This document shows, in pieces, positions 24,747 through 37,294 of a stretch of DNA of 38,218 nucleotides (position 1 is the first letter of the stretch; each line of letters opens with the position of its first letter). Origin of the DNA: Paraglomus brasilianum (Eukaryota); contig CAJVPI010000263.1 in assembly GCA_910592345.1 (NCBI GenBank), positions 1-38,218 on the forward strand, written 5' to 3'. A program made the position numbers and the translations under genes. The notes beneath the pieces were generated by a model. The model saw only the letters and a program-made list of their open reading frames with translations. It was not told the DNA's origin and ran no database searches.

Positions 24747-27700
24747 ATGGCAAGGGAGCCTTCAATTGCTTTGAAAGCCATAATGCCGTTTAGTGAAACT
24801 AGGACAAAGCTGAGGTATTCTGATACTGAAGATGAAACTCCTTTGATTGAAGAAGCTGAACGGGCTGAGGTTAGTATGATTGTAACGAAAAACGGACTCG
24901 GGGAATAAATTATGTTAGCTATGGATCAGGTTCAAAGTGCACGATTATAGTTGTGGTGCTACTCCTGTAAAGGGCATTACTCACACGGCTAATCTTACTG
25001 TGTCAAATGAAATTATATTCAACCGCTGTCGCTAATCACTATGGTATGACAGGAATCGTCTAGTGGTGGTCGGCGTCGGCGTCCGGCCTTAACGAACGCA
25101 TCTACGTCAACGGTGCGTACAAGGCCAAGAAACACAGCAAAAGCAAGGACAATTAATTTTCACACTTCCGGTATTTCAGACTGTGTCAACTGTAAATTTG
25201 GATTCTCGTGAATTTGCACAACTCACATCGAGTTTATTTAGATAAAATAAAAGACAAATATCCTCCCAATGTCATTCGTAATCAAAAGTATAACTTAATA
25301 ACGTTTTTCCCGTTAGTTTTATATGAGCAGGTAATCAAATATATATGGTTTTGCGTGCTAAGTTTGATCTCGTACCTATTTAACGTTTCTTAATTTTGCC
25401 TAGTTTCACGTTTTTATCAACCTTTATTTCTTAGTTGTAGCATTATCGCAATTTGTACCGCAACTGAAGATTGGTATGGCTTATTTCGACTTCATTAATG
25501 GATTGCATATCCAACGTCCTCGCTAAACATTACACTTCATTATAGGATATATTATAACATACTTTGGTCCTCTCTGCTTCGTATTGGTTGTCACTATTGG
25601 GAAGGAAGCATATGACGATTGGAAACGTTATAAACGTGATAAGGAGAATAATTCCCAGAAATATCAGATTCTCACAAAAAATGGTTATAAGTATATACCA
25701 AGTTCTAAGATACGCGTCGGAGATATGATAGTCATTCACAAGGATTGCAGAGTAAGGAATAAAAGACATCGTTCAAGATCTCTTTCTTCCTATTTTTTAA
25801 TATAACAGTTGTTTTGTTGTTGTTGTTGGTTTTTTTTTTTTTTAAATATTACAGGTACCAGCTGATGTTGTTCTACTTAGGACAACAGAGACAAGTGGAG
25901 CTTGCTTCATCAGGACAGACCAGTTAGACGGAGAAACTGATTGGAAATTAAGGTTACGTGTCAGTCGGATTTTATTAAGCTTCATATAGATATATTTCCG
26001 CCCGTTCGCATAAAAAAGCGCTTTTTTATGAATAAGAAATAAGCTGCATGCGCAATTTATGCATCCAAAGATTTGGCCTTCGAAATTTAATCTTTCGAAA
26101 TCATTGTATGCATGTGGATACATTGTGACATTTTCGCACGAAGTACACGTGATCAAGAATTAGTTCTAATCAATTCTATCGCAAGTAAATATAATACGCA
26201 TACAGTCAAACCTTTTATACTGATATTGGTTATAGCGAATCGGGTTATACCGATAAAACTTCGTTATCGGAATCAGTCTTTCTATTAAAAAAAACCTCTT
26301 ATTATACCCATTGCCACTCATAGGTTTGACTGTATTTACAAACAAATGCTATCCTATATTTATAAAGTCGACTGTATCTACATGCATACTTCTTGATAGA
26401 ACTGACAGTAGAGAGCGCCTTGTCTCTGGCATAATATTCAATCAGTGTACTGATGCTTGATTTTTGACAGAATTGCAGTACCATTTTGTCAAAAACTACC
26501 ATCAGACGAGAGTCTGCTACAAATAGATGCAGATGTCTATGGTAAGCAGAAATTTCTGGAATTTTGCTTCTTTGCTGTTAGATATCACGCTCAGTAAATT
26601 TTCATAACCGTTGTAGCCGATAGTCCGAGTAAAGATATTCATAATTTTATTGGAAATTTTTCCAAGAATATTCCTGGACAAGTTGTAAGTTTTAATAAAG
26701 GAATGTCCTACTACGCCTCAAATCGTATATTCAATCTAACGTCTTTTTTGCAATTCTAAGGTTCCCCAAGTCGAGCCGCTTAACGTTGAGAACACGCTTT
26801 GGATGAACACCGTTCTTGCTTCGGGAACTGCTGTTGGATTCGTAATCTATACAGGACAAGAAACTAGAGCAGTAATGAATACTAGTCATCCAGAAACGAA
26901 AATCGGTCTTCTGGATCATGAGATAAATAAGCTTTCAAAGGTTTGACGGTAATTTTGAGTCATCTCGTAGACTTACATTAACAATTAACATATGTAATTA
27001 TAATTACAGATATTATTCATTGTGACATTACTACTATCCTTTGTCTTGATTGCGTTGAATGGATTTCGGGGTTTGTGGTACATCTATTTATTACGTTTTC
27101 TAATTCTTTTCTCCTCAATTATTCCCATTGGGTAAGTACTTTTAATAAAAATTACTGTTGGTCTGTTATGCGTGAGATAACAGATTTCATTTATCTGTAA
27201 TTAGTCTTCGAGTGAATCTCGACATGGGTAAAACGGTGTATGGACACCAAATAATGAACGACAAAGAAATCCCTGAAACTATTGTTCGAACAAGTACTAT
27301 TCCCGAGGAGCTTGGAAGGATCGAATATTTATTATCGGATAAGACTGGAACTCTGACAAAGAATGGTTAGAAATGAAAACTTCAAATATGCAATGTTATT
27401 GGGCAATCTTAATTAAATTGTTTTTCTTTTGTAGATATGGAACTAAAAAAACTCCATATGGGTACGATGTCGTATGCAACAGATACCATGGACGAAATTA
27501 CTGCACAGCTTGAAATAGCCTTTGGAAAGCGTCAAGGTAAGACATGTTATGCTCTTCCTGAATATAATTATCAATATCTGACGTATAATGTACTACCGTA
27601 TAGACGATGTACACGCTAGGACTATGCCGCGTGGCTGGGTGGCTGGAAAGAGAAGGGACATAACGTCCCGTATCAGAGATATCGTTCTGGCTCTTGCACT

Positions 27701-30560
27701 TTGCCATAATGTAAGGGTGTCATCCTGTTTACGATTTATAGAGATATAGACATATAAAGTGTCAATACATAATGTTAATATGAACTTGTCAATCAACTAA
27801 GGTGACTCCTGTTGAAGAAGACGGTGAGGTCACTTACCAGGCATCTTCACCGGATGAAGTTGCAATAGTCAAGTGGACAGAGTCAGTTGGCCTTACTCTT
27901 GTATTTCGAGATATTTCCGAAATCCATCTTCGCACTCGGACCGGAGATATACTTGAATTTTCCATTCTTCAACTGTTCCCATTCACAAGTGAAACCAAAC
28001 GGATGGGAATAGTAGTGAAGGATAATTTAACTGAGGAAATAGTATTCTATGAAAAAGGTGCAGACGTAGTGATGAGTAAAATAGTTCAATATAATGACTG
28101 GTTGGATGAAGAATGTGGTAACATGGCAAGAGAAGGACTGAGGACTCTGGTTGTAGCGAGAAAAAGATTAAGCGAAGAGTCCTATGCTGAGTTCGAAGAG
28201 AGGTAATGGGGATGCACGTGATTTTTGTAACGAAAGGATTGGTAATTGATATGGGAATGTTTTTTGTTATATAGATTCCATGAAGCGACGATTAGTGTTA
28301 GCGATCGTAAAGCACAAGAACAGTCAGTCGTCGGATCGATATTAGAGCAGGATCTTGAGCTATTAGGATTGACTGGTGTTGAAGATAAGCTACAAGACGG
28401 TGTTAAAAGTACTTTGGAATTATTACGTAATGCTGGGTTGAGGATATGGATGTTAACTGGTTGGTTGAATGTCAATTATTCTCCTCACTGTTTCGGGTGC
28501 CTCGGTTGTTTATTTCTGTTTATATTCGATAGTGATTACGCGATAAACGTATTTATCGATTTATCCAGGTGATAAAATCGAGACTGCTACGTGCATTGCA
28601 GTCTCATCAAAACTAGTGTCGAGGAATCAATACATTCATACTGTCCAGAAACGTAAGTACAGATTGACATGCTTTTATCGATTAAGTTGTTCATTTGTTT
28701 ACGAAATATATATACTTCTTCATTATTATAAAAATTAGTAAAAAGCCCAGAAGCCGCCATGGATGAGATGGATGTTATACAAAGTAATACAGACTGCTGT
28801 TTAGTCATTGATGGCGAGTCCCTTCAGGTATATAGCAAACGGTCATCGAGAAAACGTGTCATGAAATTCTTTTTGTTAATTTAAATATATCTTTGCCCAT
28901 GATGTATTGGATTACACTTGTGTCCATAGTTGTTTTTAGAGCATTTCAAGAACGATTTTATTGAGTTGGCGGTTCGTTTACCAGTTGTCGTAGCATGCAG
29001 ATGCTCACCGACGCAGAAGGTATGTACCGGGTTCATGTGCATGGCATGACGTATTGGGTTGAGTGCGAGACTAACCTGAATATGAATTATAGGCCGATAT
29101 TACACGGTTAATAAAGACTTATACAAAGAAACGTGTTTTATGTATTGGAGATGGTGGGAATGATGTCAGTATGATTCAGGCTGCTGATGTTGGTAAATAT
29201 TATGCGATAAGGACTTCAATCGTGTAATTACCGTCAAAGTATTTAATATTTCGATGTTTTTTTATAGGTGTGGGGATTGTCGGAAAGGAAGGGAAACAGG
29301 CCTCCCTGGCAGCTGACTTTTCAATCACACAGTTTGGCCACTTAACAAGGCTTTTATGTAAGTCTGATCCACTCCTCAACACTTGCTTATTGCATTTTAT
29401 TCATTTTGTTGTTTCTCATTGAGTTTTTCTATACGTTTTTATTAATAGTGTGGCATGGGAGAAATAGTTATAAGCGATCAGCAAAATTGGCCCAGTTTGT
29501 CATACATCGCGGATTAATCATATCTGTAATTCAAGCAGTATTTTCCTCGATATTTTACTTCGCACCAATTGCACTGTATCAAGGCTTGTTAATGGTGGGC
29601 TATTCCACCGTATATACTATGGCACCAGTATTTTCGCTAGTACTAGACAAAGATGTCAGTGAAGACATAGCGATGATGTATCCCGAGTTATACAAAGAGC
29701 TAACAAAGGCAAGCAGATTGGAAGAATATTTATTAATAATGTGAGGTATCGTCAATTAACAAATAATATATCCTCAATAGGGTCGATCATTATCGTACAA
29801 GACTTTCTTCCAATGGGTGATGATAAGTGTATACCAAGGTATTTTACTAAATATATGAAACAATTGTGTCTTAGTCTGTATTTGTCTGAACGACTTTCGC
29901 AAGAATATTCTTTGTGACTGCAGAATGAAGATGTTTTTCAAAAACTCTTAGCAGACATCTAACATTCAGGCAATGAGTTTCTTGATCAGACGATGAAAGC
30001 TGTCACGGAAGTTAAGAACTCATATGGAGCTAATGACAATACCTTTTCTTAATGGAATCATCGGTTTATTTAGGCGGTGCAATTATGATAATGTCTATTG
30101 TATTATTTGAAGATCAATTCATTCATATTGTATCTATATCCTTTACATCTCTGATCTTTAACGAATTGTTAATGGTTGCTTTGGAGATACATACTTGGTA
30201 CGTGATTTGCATATACAGAGCTTTGCTCGTCACCACTTGGTATTAACGTTTCTTACTCTACAGGCATGCGTACATGATTCTCTCGGAGATTGTGACACTA
30301 GCAATATATTGCATCTCAATGGTGTTCCTTCCAACTTACTTTGGTAAACTCTTGGTTTTTTTTATCGATACCCATGATTTATGAATAGCCACGTCTGATC
30401 TATTAACGCCTTGTTCGTCCTTATAGACATGACCTTCATCTTAACGTTGACATTTGTGTGGAAAGTAGCTGTGATAACAGCTGTCAGCAGTTTACCACTT
30501 TACATCGTCAAGTATCTGAAGCGACGGTATGCGCCGCCGAGCTACACCAAATTAACTTAA
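24747..30560 (+). CDS. NEO1: P4-type phospholipid flippase Neo1/ATP9, many exons including one GC-AG intron (29709-29780)
   Basis: [32 protein letters not shown] phosphorylation site, [53 protein letters not shown]-terminal PPSYTKLT. Confidence 0.96.
26203..26332. mobile_element. 130-bp MITE (Tc1/mariner-pogo type) in the long NEO1 intron
   Basis: Perfect TIR CAGTCAAACCT / AGGTTTGACTG, flanked by TA on both sides; internal ATACCGATAAA motif. Confidence 0.85.
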
Positions 30561-31253
30561 ACCATATGTATAGAATTACTGTTCCTAATAACTACTCTTA
30601 CAAAAAAAGATTTCATATGAATCTATTAAGTTTAACTATCAGTTCAGTTGGGATTATTCTAGCAAACTTGTTTGGCATTAGCAAAAGGACGCATGTTCCG
30701 AATGTATTGGTAAGAAAGAGCACCATTGAACTTACTGGTTACTGTGTCCATCAGTCCCTACAGTCACGCCATCTTCCAATTCTTAAATGACAAACATTAG
30801 TGTCATCCAGAAATTCATTTCTTTCCTGGTAATATATTACTAGATACATACAAAATCAATGAGCCCACAAATCTCATAAATCCCAGAATACTCCATTCCC
30901 ATCCAAATCCAGATCAGAAACAATGTTCTCCCCACATTAATTCTAAAAGTTCATAATACCATGTATATACATGGCTGACATTACTTGCCGGATAAAAGAT
31001 CCTAACGATGCACGATGCTTTCTCTTTCAAAGACATTAATTCTTGCAAGTCATTATCTCCAGTATTCATTACTACAGAATCTTTACGATTCTCCATACCT
31101 GATCCACACAAGACAACGGATAAACTAGAGGGATTAGCAACTGCTAACTTATAATGCGACATGTCCCCATCCAGAAAGTCAACGTTTCAAGCCATATTTT
31201 ACGGCATATATGCCATCCTTAGAGAGTTGTATGAGCTCACGTACCGTACTGGT

Positions 31254-32501
31254 CTAGTATCGTTTTCCACGCCTATTAAGAATTTCAGAGAAAGAATCGG
31301 ATGATGACCACATCGTATACACAAAAGGAGACAAAAAGGTTATTGGTAAGACAAAGATCGCATACTCCCACATCCAAGCGCCGCATTCCAATGCTTCTAT
31401 CTCCTGTTCAGCCCGCTTGCCCTCTCAGCCTCTCCACGAAAAGAGGGGAAAAAAACAACAGCGTGTGAACAACTGCAGAAGACAAACCGGAGACCTACCC
31501 ATATGGACTTGGACTTCTTTCATACTTTTCATCATATTTGCTGTTATATGGACTAGGACTTCGTGATCGGTTTCTTGAGCGCGAATGCGACCTTTTGTAG
31601 GATGCGGGAGATCTTGAATAACGGCGATTGCGGTCATAATCATCACCATAACGTTTTCGATCGCCATAAGGAGACCTGTCTCGGCCGTATCGGGAGGAAT
31701 GTCCTGACGGACCTCTACCTCGACCATTCTCATCATCGTTCCTATAACATAAAACACGCAATATTCATATCAGTTAACGTTCTTCTTGCACTATCCCCAT
31801 ATTCTCTGTGCGTCGCGTACCTACAGTACTTGGCCAAGTGACCAGGTTCACCACACCTGAAACATCGTCCACTTCGCACGTCCATGCCTTTTTCCCTGGC
31901 TTCGGGACATTCTCTTGCCCAGTGGCCCTGTCCGCCACATAAAAAACAACCACTACCCGGTCCTCCTGACCTCCGCGACCATTCCACTGCAATTCGAGCT
32001 CCATCCAGCTCATAACCGTTTAGTTGCTTCACAGCATCATCGGCATCTCGGGGGTCCTGAATTGGGGGAGAGCAGGGAGGTTGGAAGAGCAAGAGTTAAA
32101 ATGCTTTGATAAATTATGAACAAACTTCGATGCTCAGTTTGAATAGGATAATTTCAAACGTCATATTTACCTCAAATTCAACGAATGCATAACCCATTGG
32201 TTTAACATCGACACTTAATACTTTTCCATATCGTTCGAACTGGCAATGGTTGCAATTCACTTTATTTCGTACTTAAACAAGGAATGCAAAACTTTGTATA
32301 ATATATTTCGAATTTGAGATTTGGTTCGTACCAGTTCCTCGAGATCTCTCTTCTCCGTCTTCGAGGAAAGGTGTCCTATATATACTTATCGCGTACACGA
32401 TACGCAAAGAGTTCGATGAGAGCTTCGCCACAAACGTGGTGGCAAAGGAATAATTACTGTTCGTTACCTCAGCGATACATACATTTACTTGGGGTTGACA
32501 T
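31254..32501 (-). CDS. SR-type splicing factor: RRM, two CCHC zinc knuckles and RS domain (SRSF7/RS2Z-like)
   Basis: MSTPSKLYIGHLS (RNP2), [17 protein letters not shown] (RNP1), [43 protein letters not shown]. The last exon (GRGKRY*) is inferred; the unspliced stop is at 31495. Confidence 0.9.
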
Positions 32502-33282
32502 GGTCGCGAGTACAACTGTTCTAACGAAAGAAGTGCATGATTTGGGGTACGCAACAAGGCGAACATAGTGTCACACAGAAAGATTTGGGGTCACACATTG
32601 TTCACCATATATAATCGATGTTTTTTAGTTTTTATTATCTCGTACGTTACATTGTTTTGTTAATGTTTGCAGAATGCAGTCAAAAGAACAGCAGCCACAG
32701 AATAAACTGTATAAAGACATAGATGCACAGCTCATTTACATTAAAAAGACATTTTTTCAATTAAGCGCTACACATATTGTCACGGGTACAGTAATCTTAA
32801 TGATTTTATACGCGTCTCGAATGCTAATAACGCACTTACGAGCAATAGCAATAGTATCGACAATAATGTCTTTCACTTTTCGTCATCAGATTTATAATGT
32901 ATTTATTTATTGGCAGCGCTGTATCAGTTATAATATATTTGTTATAGCCCACTTATTATATTATTATTGACAGAACGTTTAACCAGAGTTCAATCAACAA
33001 GGTAAAGGTAATAGAACCCTTGTTTAGTGCGCCTTTTAAAATGTTTAATAGACCTAATATGATGTCGTTTTTAGACTTAATTTGTAAACGTGGCGATGAT
33101 GAGTTTTTGTCTACTGTGCATTAATATTACATACTTCATAATTACGCTTTATTATGTATGATATCAAATGTGCCTAGTAAACATTCCACAGCAATTTCTT
33201 CAAAAAGACAGGGTATATTATGCCTCTTATGCGAGTAATTAGTAAAACATGCTTCTCATTTACATCAAAATACTTACCCGAG

Positions 33283-33420
33283 AGCGTCCTGGAACATATT
33301 AATATATTATTATGTTCCAGGACGCTACTTGTACTAGTACTAGATTAATATGTCCCAGGACGTTATAATCTATTAATTAATATGTTCCAAGACACTACTT
33401 GTACTAGATTAATATATCCT
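33283..33420. repeat. Inverted plus direct repeats at the end of the transposon relic
   Basis: Perfect 16-bp arms AGCGTCCTGGAACATA (33283-33298) and TATGTTCCAGGACGCT (33311-33326), then further degenerate TAATATGTTCCAGGAC copies. Confidence 0.85.
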
Positions 33421-33458
33421 AAAGATGGGGTCTGTTTTCCCTCCCTGTGACCTATTGG

Positions 33459-34700
33459 TCAGTAAATATGGATGAGGTGCACGCCTATTTGGTTGCATTT
33501 CAAGGTGTTTGTCCTTAATTTCTCCCATGCATTTTCGGGAATTCTTCTGTGCAATTTATATAATCCATGTTTATACAAATCATATAGTAATAGCCACATT
33601 TTTTGTGCAAATCTACGAATGGTTATTAAATTTACAGAATCGAGAGCACGAGAAACTGTTTCTTGTAATCCACTCCATGTGTAATTACAATTATTCCGTG
33701 TAAATCGGTTGGCTGCTCCCCAATACCGTTCAATAAAATTTAATGTGCAATGAAATTTGGAAACGTGACCTGAATTTTCGATCATTTCAACCAACGCCGA
33801 TATACCAAAAAGTCTGGTTGAAGAGATATAATCTTTCTTTCGCAACAATCTACACGTAAAGGATTATTGTTCTCATCTCGACATAATCTGCATTCACTTA
33901 CCATATTTTTTGTCCACAGTCCTCTTTCACTCAAGATCTGTTTTATGCCTTTCGGGAAATTTCACACTTTGTCTTTCATTATTTGGACCCCAAAGTATCC
34001 CGCGTTTTTGGTGCATCCAATATTCATTCTCTTCGCAATCGATGCATCAGGTGCAAATGCGGAATAATTTGAATCATTATCAAAGGCAAATACTGTAATG
34101 CAATTTGGGAATAAAGCCTCAAATATAGGAATGGCTTTATATTCGACTTGCTCATAAGATGTGTAGCCGTCTAGTATCCTTTTCCGTTTGTTCCTGGTTT
34201 TAAATATACTCGAGCCTCTTCTGGAACATCAGGATTATTCTCGATATGTTCAACAGTAAGTTTAAGTCCTTTAGTTAAAAATTCACTCATCATGATTGAT
34301 TCCCATTCCCTTTTTTGCGCAGTGGCAACTCACCTAATTTAGCCCGTTTCGTTTTCCGTCATTCGAGCAGAAAAATGCATTCATTGTGGACTACTAATAT
34401 GTGCTCCTTCTCTTCTAAATTTAATATAGGTGCAATTAATTCTCTTCATATCTTTTCCTTCATATATTTTTCGAACTTGACCATCTATAAAGATATTTGC
34501 CGACATTCAACATCTTCTCTCTCATGTCCATCATAACATATTCCTTGTTTTTGTTGTTGATAATGATATCAAGGATATTTAACCATCGATGTGCTGTCCT
34601 TGTGCTAATCGTCTTGGTGATGCCTATTTCTGGTAATAATGATTCTTGAACAAATTCTTTGAATCGATGCGATGTTTTAAACCGCAACTTTTACTCTACT
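33459..34700 (-). pseudogene. Decayed Tc1/IS630-like DDE transposase
   Basis: Frameshifted pieces ISTRTAHRWLNIL, DGHERED, SIMMSEFL, KAIPIFEALFP..FAFDN, PKGIKQILSERGLW and [24 protein letters not shown] (family consensus PKFHCELNFIExxWG); multiple stops. Confidence 0.85.
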
Positions 34701-35114
34701 TCGTCTGCTCTATCATTCTTACGGATTAGTTTTTTTCTAAACCCTCTAATATAAAAGCCTTAGGGTTTTGAAAGTTGGGTATTTTATTTGGGCTATAGAT
34801 GTCCTGTACCATAGTATTTCACTTATAATAAAAGCGTTTCAATAAGTAACAATTATTTATCGTGAATGCCACTCGGACACGAGGCGATTATCCCTTATGT
34901 TAATGCAGGAAATATTCGTCTTGACACGTGAACAGAGACAGTCGGTCTATAATACGTGCTTAGATTACCTTGCGTGCATTAACTTTGTGTTCGAGACGCC
35001 CTGCTTGTGACAATCTTTACTTTATAAGGTTAGACTAAGGCGTACGCGCGAAAATGACGCAATCATTTAAATTCACACATACCGTATTAATATCTTCTCT
35101 CTAAATTCTACATC

Positions 35115-36811
35115 ATGTCTACGCAGAGAAACTCATCAGATCCTCTTAATCCAGCAACAATCTTGTCAATCATCGAGAAAAGCCTTCCAGAGAGAGCTTC
35201 TAATGACCAAGATGCGCCACTAAAATCTTGTCAAGATGTTTTGGCAATATTGTTTCATACCATTATGCTGGCTGTAGACTTTCGTTTTATCGGACTTGGG
35301 GAAGATGGGACTATTGGTAATTTAGCTGAAAAAAAGAACCTAACAAAACGTAAAACCATTGGTATCTGTTTGGTTTGAATTGTAACGGAACATTATCTTG
35401 TCTAATACTCCTAGCTTCATCGACTGAAGAACAAGATACAATCCCACGCCTCCCAAAAGAATGGAATGCCAACGGTCCAGATTCCTACGCCTTTCGATAC
35501 AAGCATCCACAATCGTCTCTGATGTTTCTTATAAAATCAATACGACTTGCGGGTAAATTTCTAGTACATGGACTGGCAATTGAAGTGAGTTTTATTAAAA
35601 ACTTATCTATAAATTGTTTGTATATTATCATGTGTATATCATGATCAATAACTTTTATAGGATAACAAAACGTCTACATTAGAAGTAGTCATTGCCGACT
35701 ACACGTCTGCGTCATTTTTTCCTTACAATGGCAGAGAGCCACTCGTAAATGGATTCATATCTGAGAGCAGATTGAAGGACTTGATAAGTTTATATAAGAT
35801 AAACATACTACAAAAGTTAATCCCAGGACTGAATAAGCCAGGGTATGAAGAAACAACACAGACGTAAGTGGTTGTGAAACTTAAAATTGTTTCGTATTGA
35901 TCCTTAGACTCACCTCTCTTCGATAGAACACCTCCTATACGTGCACAAGGGACACCACAATCCCGGAATGATCCATATGACCCGTTACGTATCCCACCAA
36001 GAGTACCGCCTACGTATCCCGCACCACCAGTATTCGATGACCCATTTAGTGTAGAAGGCCCACGAACGTATGTTGATCCCTATTTGAGGATTGATGATCA
36101 TAGCCGATGAAATATATTCATGCCAAATATTAATTTGAACTTGCTTTTATTAAAAATTAGAAATCCCTTCAGTGTCGGTGGTGACGATTTAGACCCTTTC
36201 GGTTTTAGTCCGTTATATCCCAGGTGAATGCATTTAACATGTGACCTTAAATGTAAAAATACTTATTTCGCAGCTATTCATACAGAATTTGATTGATTAG
36301 GTTCGGAGTCGGAGGAATACCGCCACCCAATCGAGGCGGTGGCATGCATGTTGGCCTTGATCATCCGATGTTTGGGCCAAGAGGTGGTATTCGGGATGAC
36401 AGGGGATTTCGCGGTGGCCCACCAACATTACCTAGGTTTGCCAACGACTTACTAATAGACGAGTTTTATTGAACATTCAATTGCAATGACGCTTTTCCGT
36501 TTCATCAATTATAGGGGTGCTGTGCCGCCAGGCGCTCGCTTTGATCCAATAACTCCGTTCAATACTAATCCTCGCCAAAATGTCGGACGGAATCCTACTT
36601 ACTTCAGGTAGTTCCCAATTATACAATTTACAGATTCTTTTCCATTAGCATATACTAATCACCGTCTTTCATATAGCGGCGAGCCTGACAACGATGAACC
36701 ACCACCACCGGTAAGTTGATTATTGGTTAAAATGAGATGAGTAAAAGCGCTCTTACAATCTCGTATGGTTATTTGGTCTCTATATAGGGGTACAACGACA
36801 TGTTCATGTAG
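35115..36811 (+). CDS. PSMF1: Proteasome inhibitor PI31 (Fub1), multi-exon
   Basis: FP domain FRFIGLGED, LPKEWNANGPDSYAFRYKHPQSS; Pro-rich tail GGMHVGLDHPMF, GAVPPGARFDPI, GEPDNDE; C-terminus GYNDMFM. Confidence 0.92.
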
Positions 36812-37177
36812 ACCATATGAAAATTGGAATCCTTGGATTATAATTGATGAAAAAGACTGCTTATTGCGTACATTTCGTTCATCATCTTTTAATGGTAACA
36901 TTTATTCTAATATCCCTTATGTAAAATTATTGCGAACGTTGCGTTTGAAAAAAAAAAAAAAAAATAAATTTCTACCATATTGTTTAATGGCCTTTAGTAC
37001 TAGCACTATTTGTACAACAATTTCTCTTTGAATCAAGAGATAAAGTTAAGAAATCCCGGGGTGCACGGAAGTGCCGGATTTTGATACCGTCAACGTCAAA
37101 ATAGAATATTCGTGTTGCAACCTTTAAGCACAACTAAAATACTCAAACAACTCGTTGGTATGCTATTTTTCAATATA

Positions 37178-37294
37178 CAGTCATACCGATAAATTTCATT
37201 TACCCGAATCAGTCCTATTAGATTGTACAGGGCCTCTGATTATACCGATAAAAATGGCCGGTGCCACTCGTATCGGTATAAATAGGTTTGGCTG
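37178..37294. mobile_element. Second copy of the MITE family at 26203
   Basis: TA-CAGTC left end and AGGTTTGGCTG-TA right end; shares ATACCGATAAA, GAATCAGTC, CCTCTnATTATACC and TGCCACTC with the NEO1-intron copy. Confidence 0.8.

Noticed and set aside
29973..30023. SECIS element or hammerhead ribozyme
   Set aside because: AUGA and GAAA are present, but the AUGA is Watson-Crick paired, the site is intronic, there is no in-frame UGA gene, and the CUGANGA core is absent.
30135..30145. U12-type donor-like ATATCCTT
   Set aside because: It falls within a conserved NEO1 coding exon; no minor introns were seen at the junctions examined.
30914..31162. 82-aa ORF downstream of the SR gene
   Set aside because: No motif; probably 3' UTR sequence.
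37051..37081. GC-rich hairpin with GGAA loop
   Set aside because: Short and imperfect, with no Helitron CTRR end or other supporting context.
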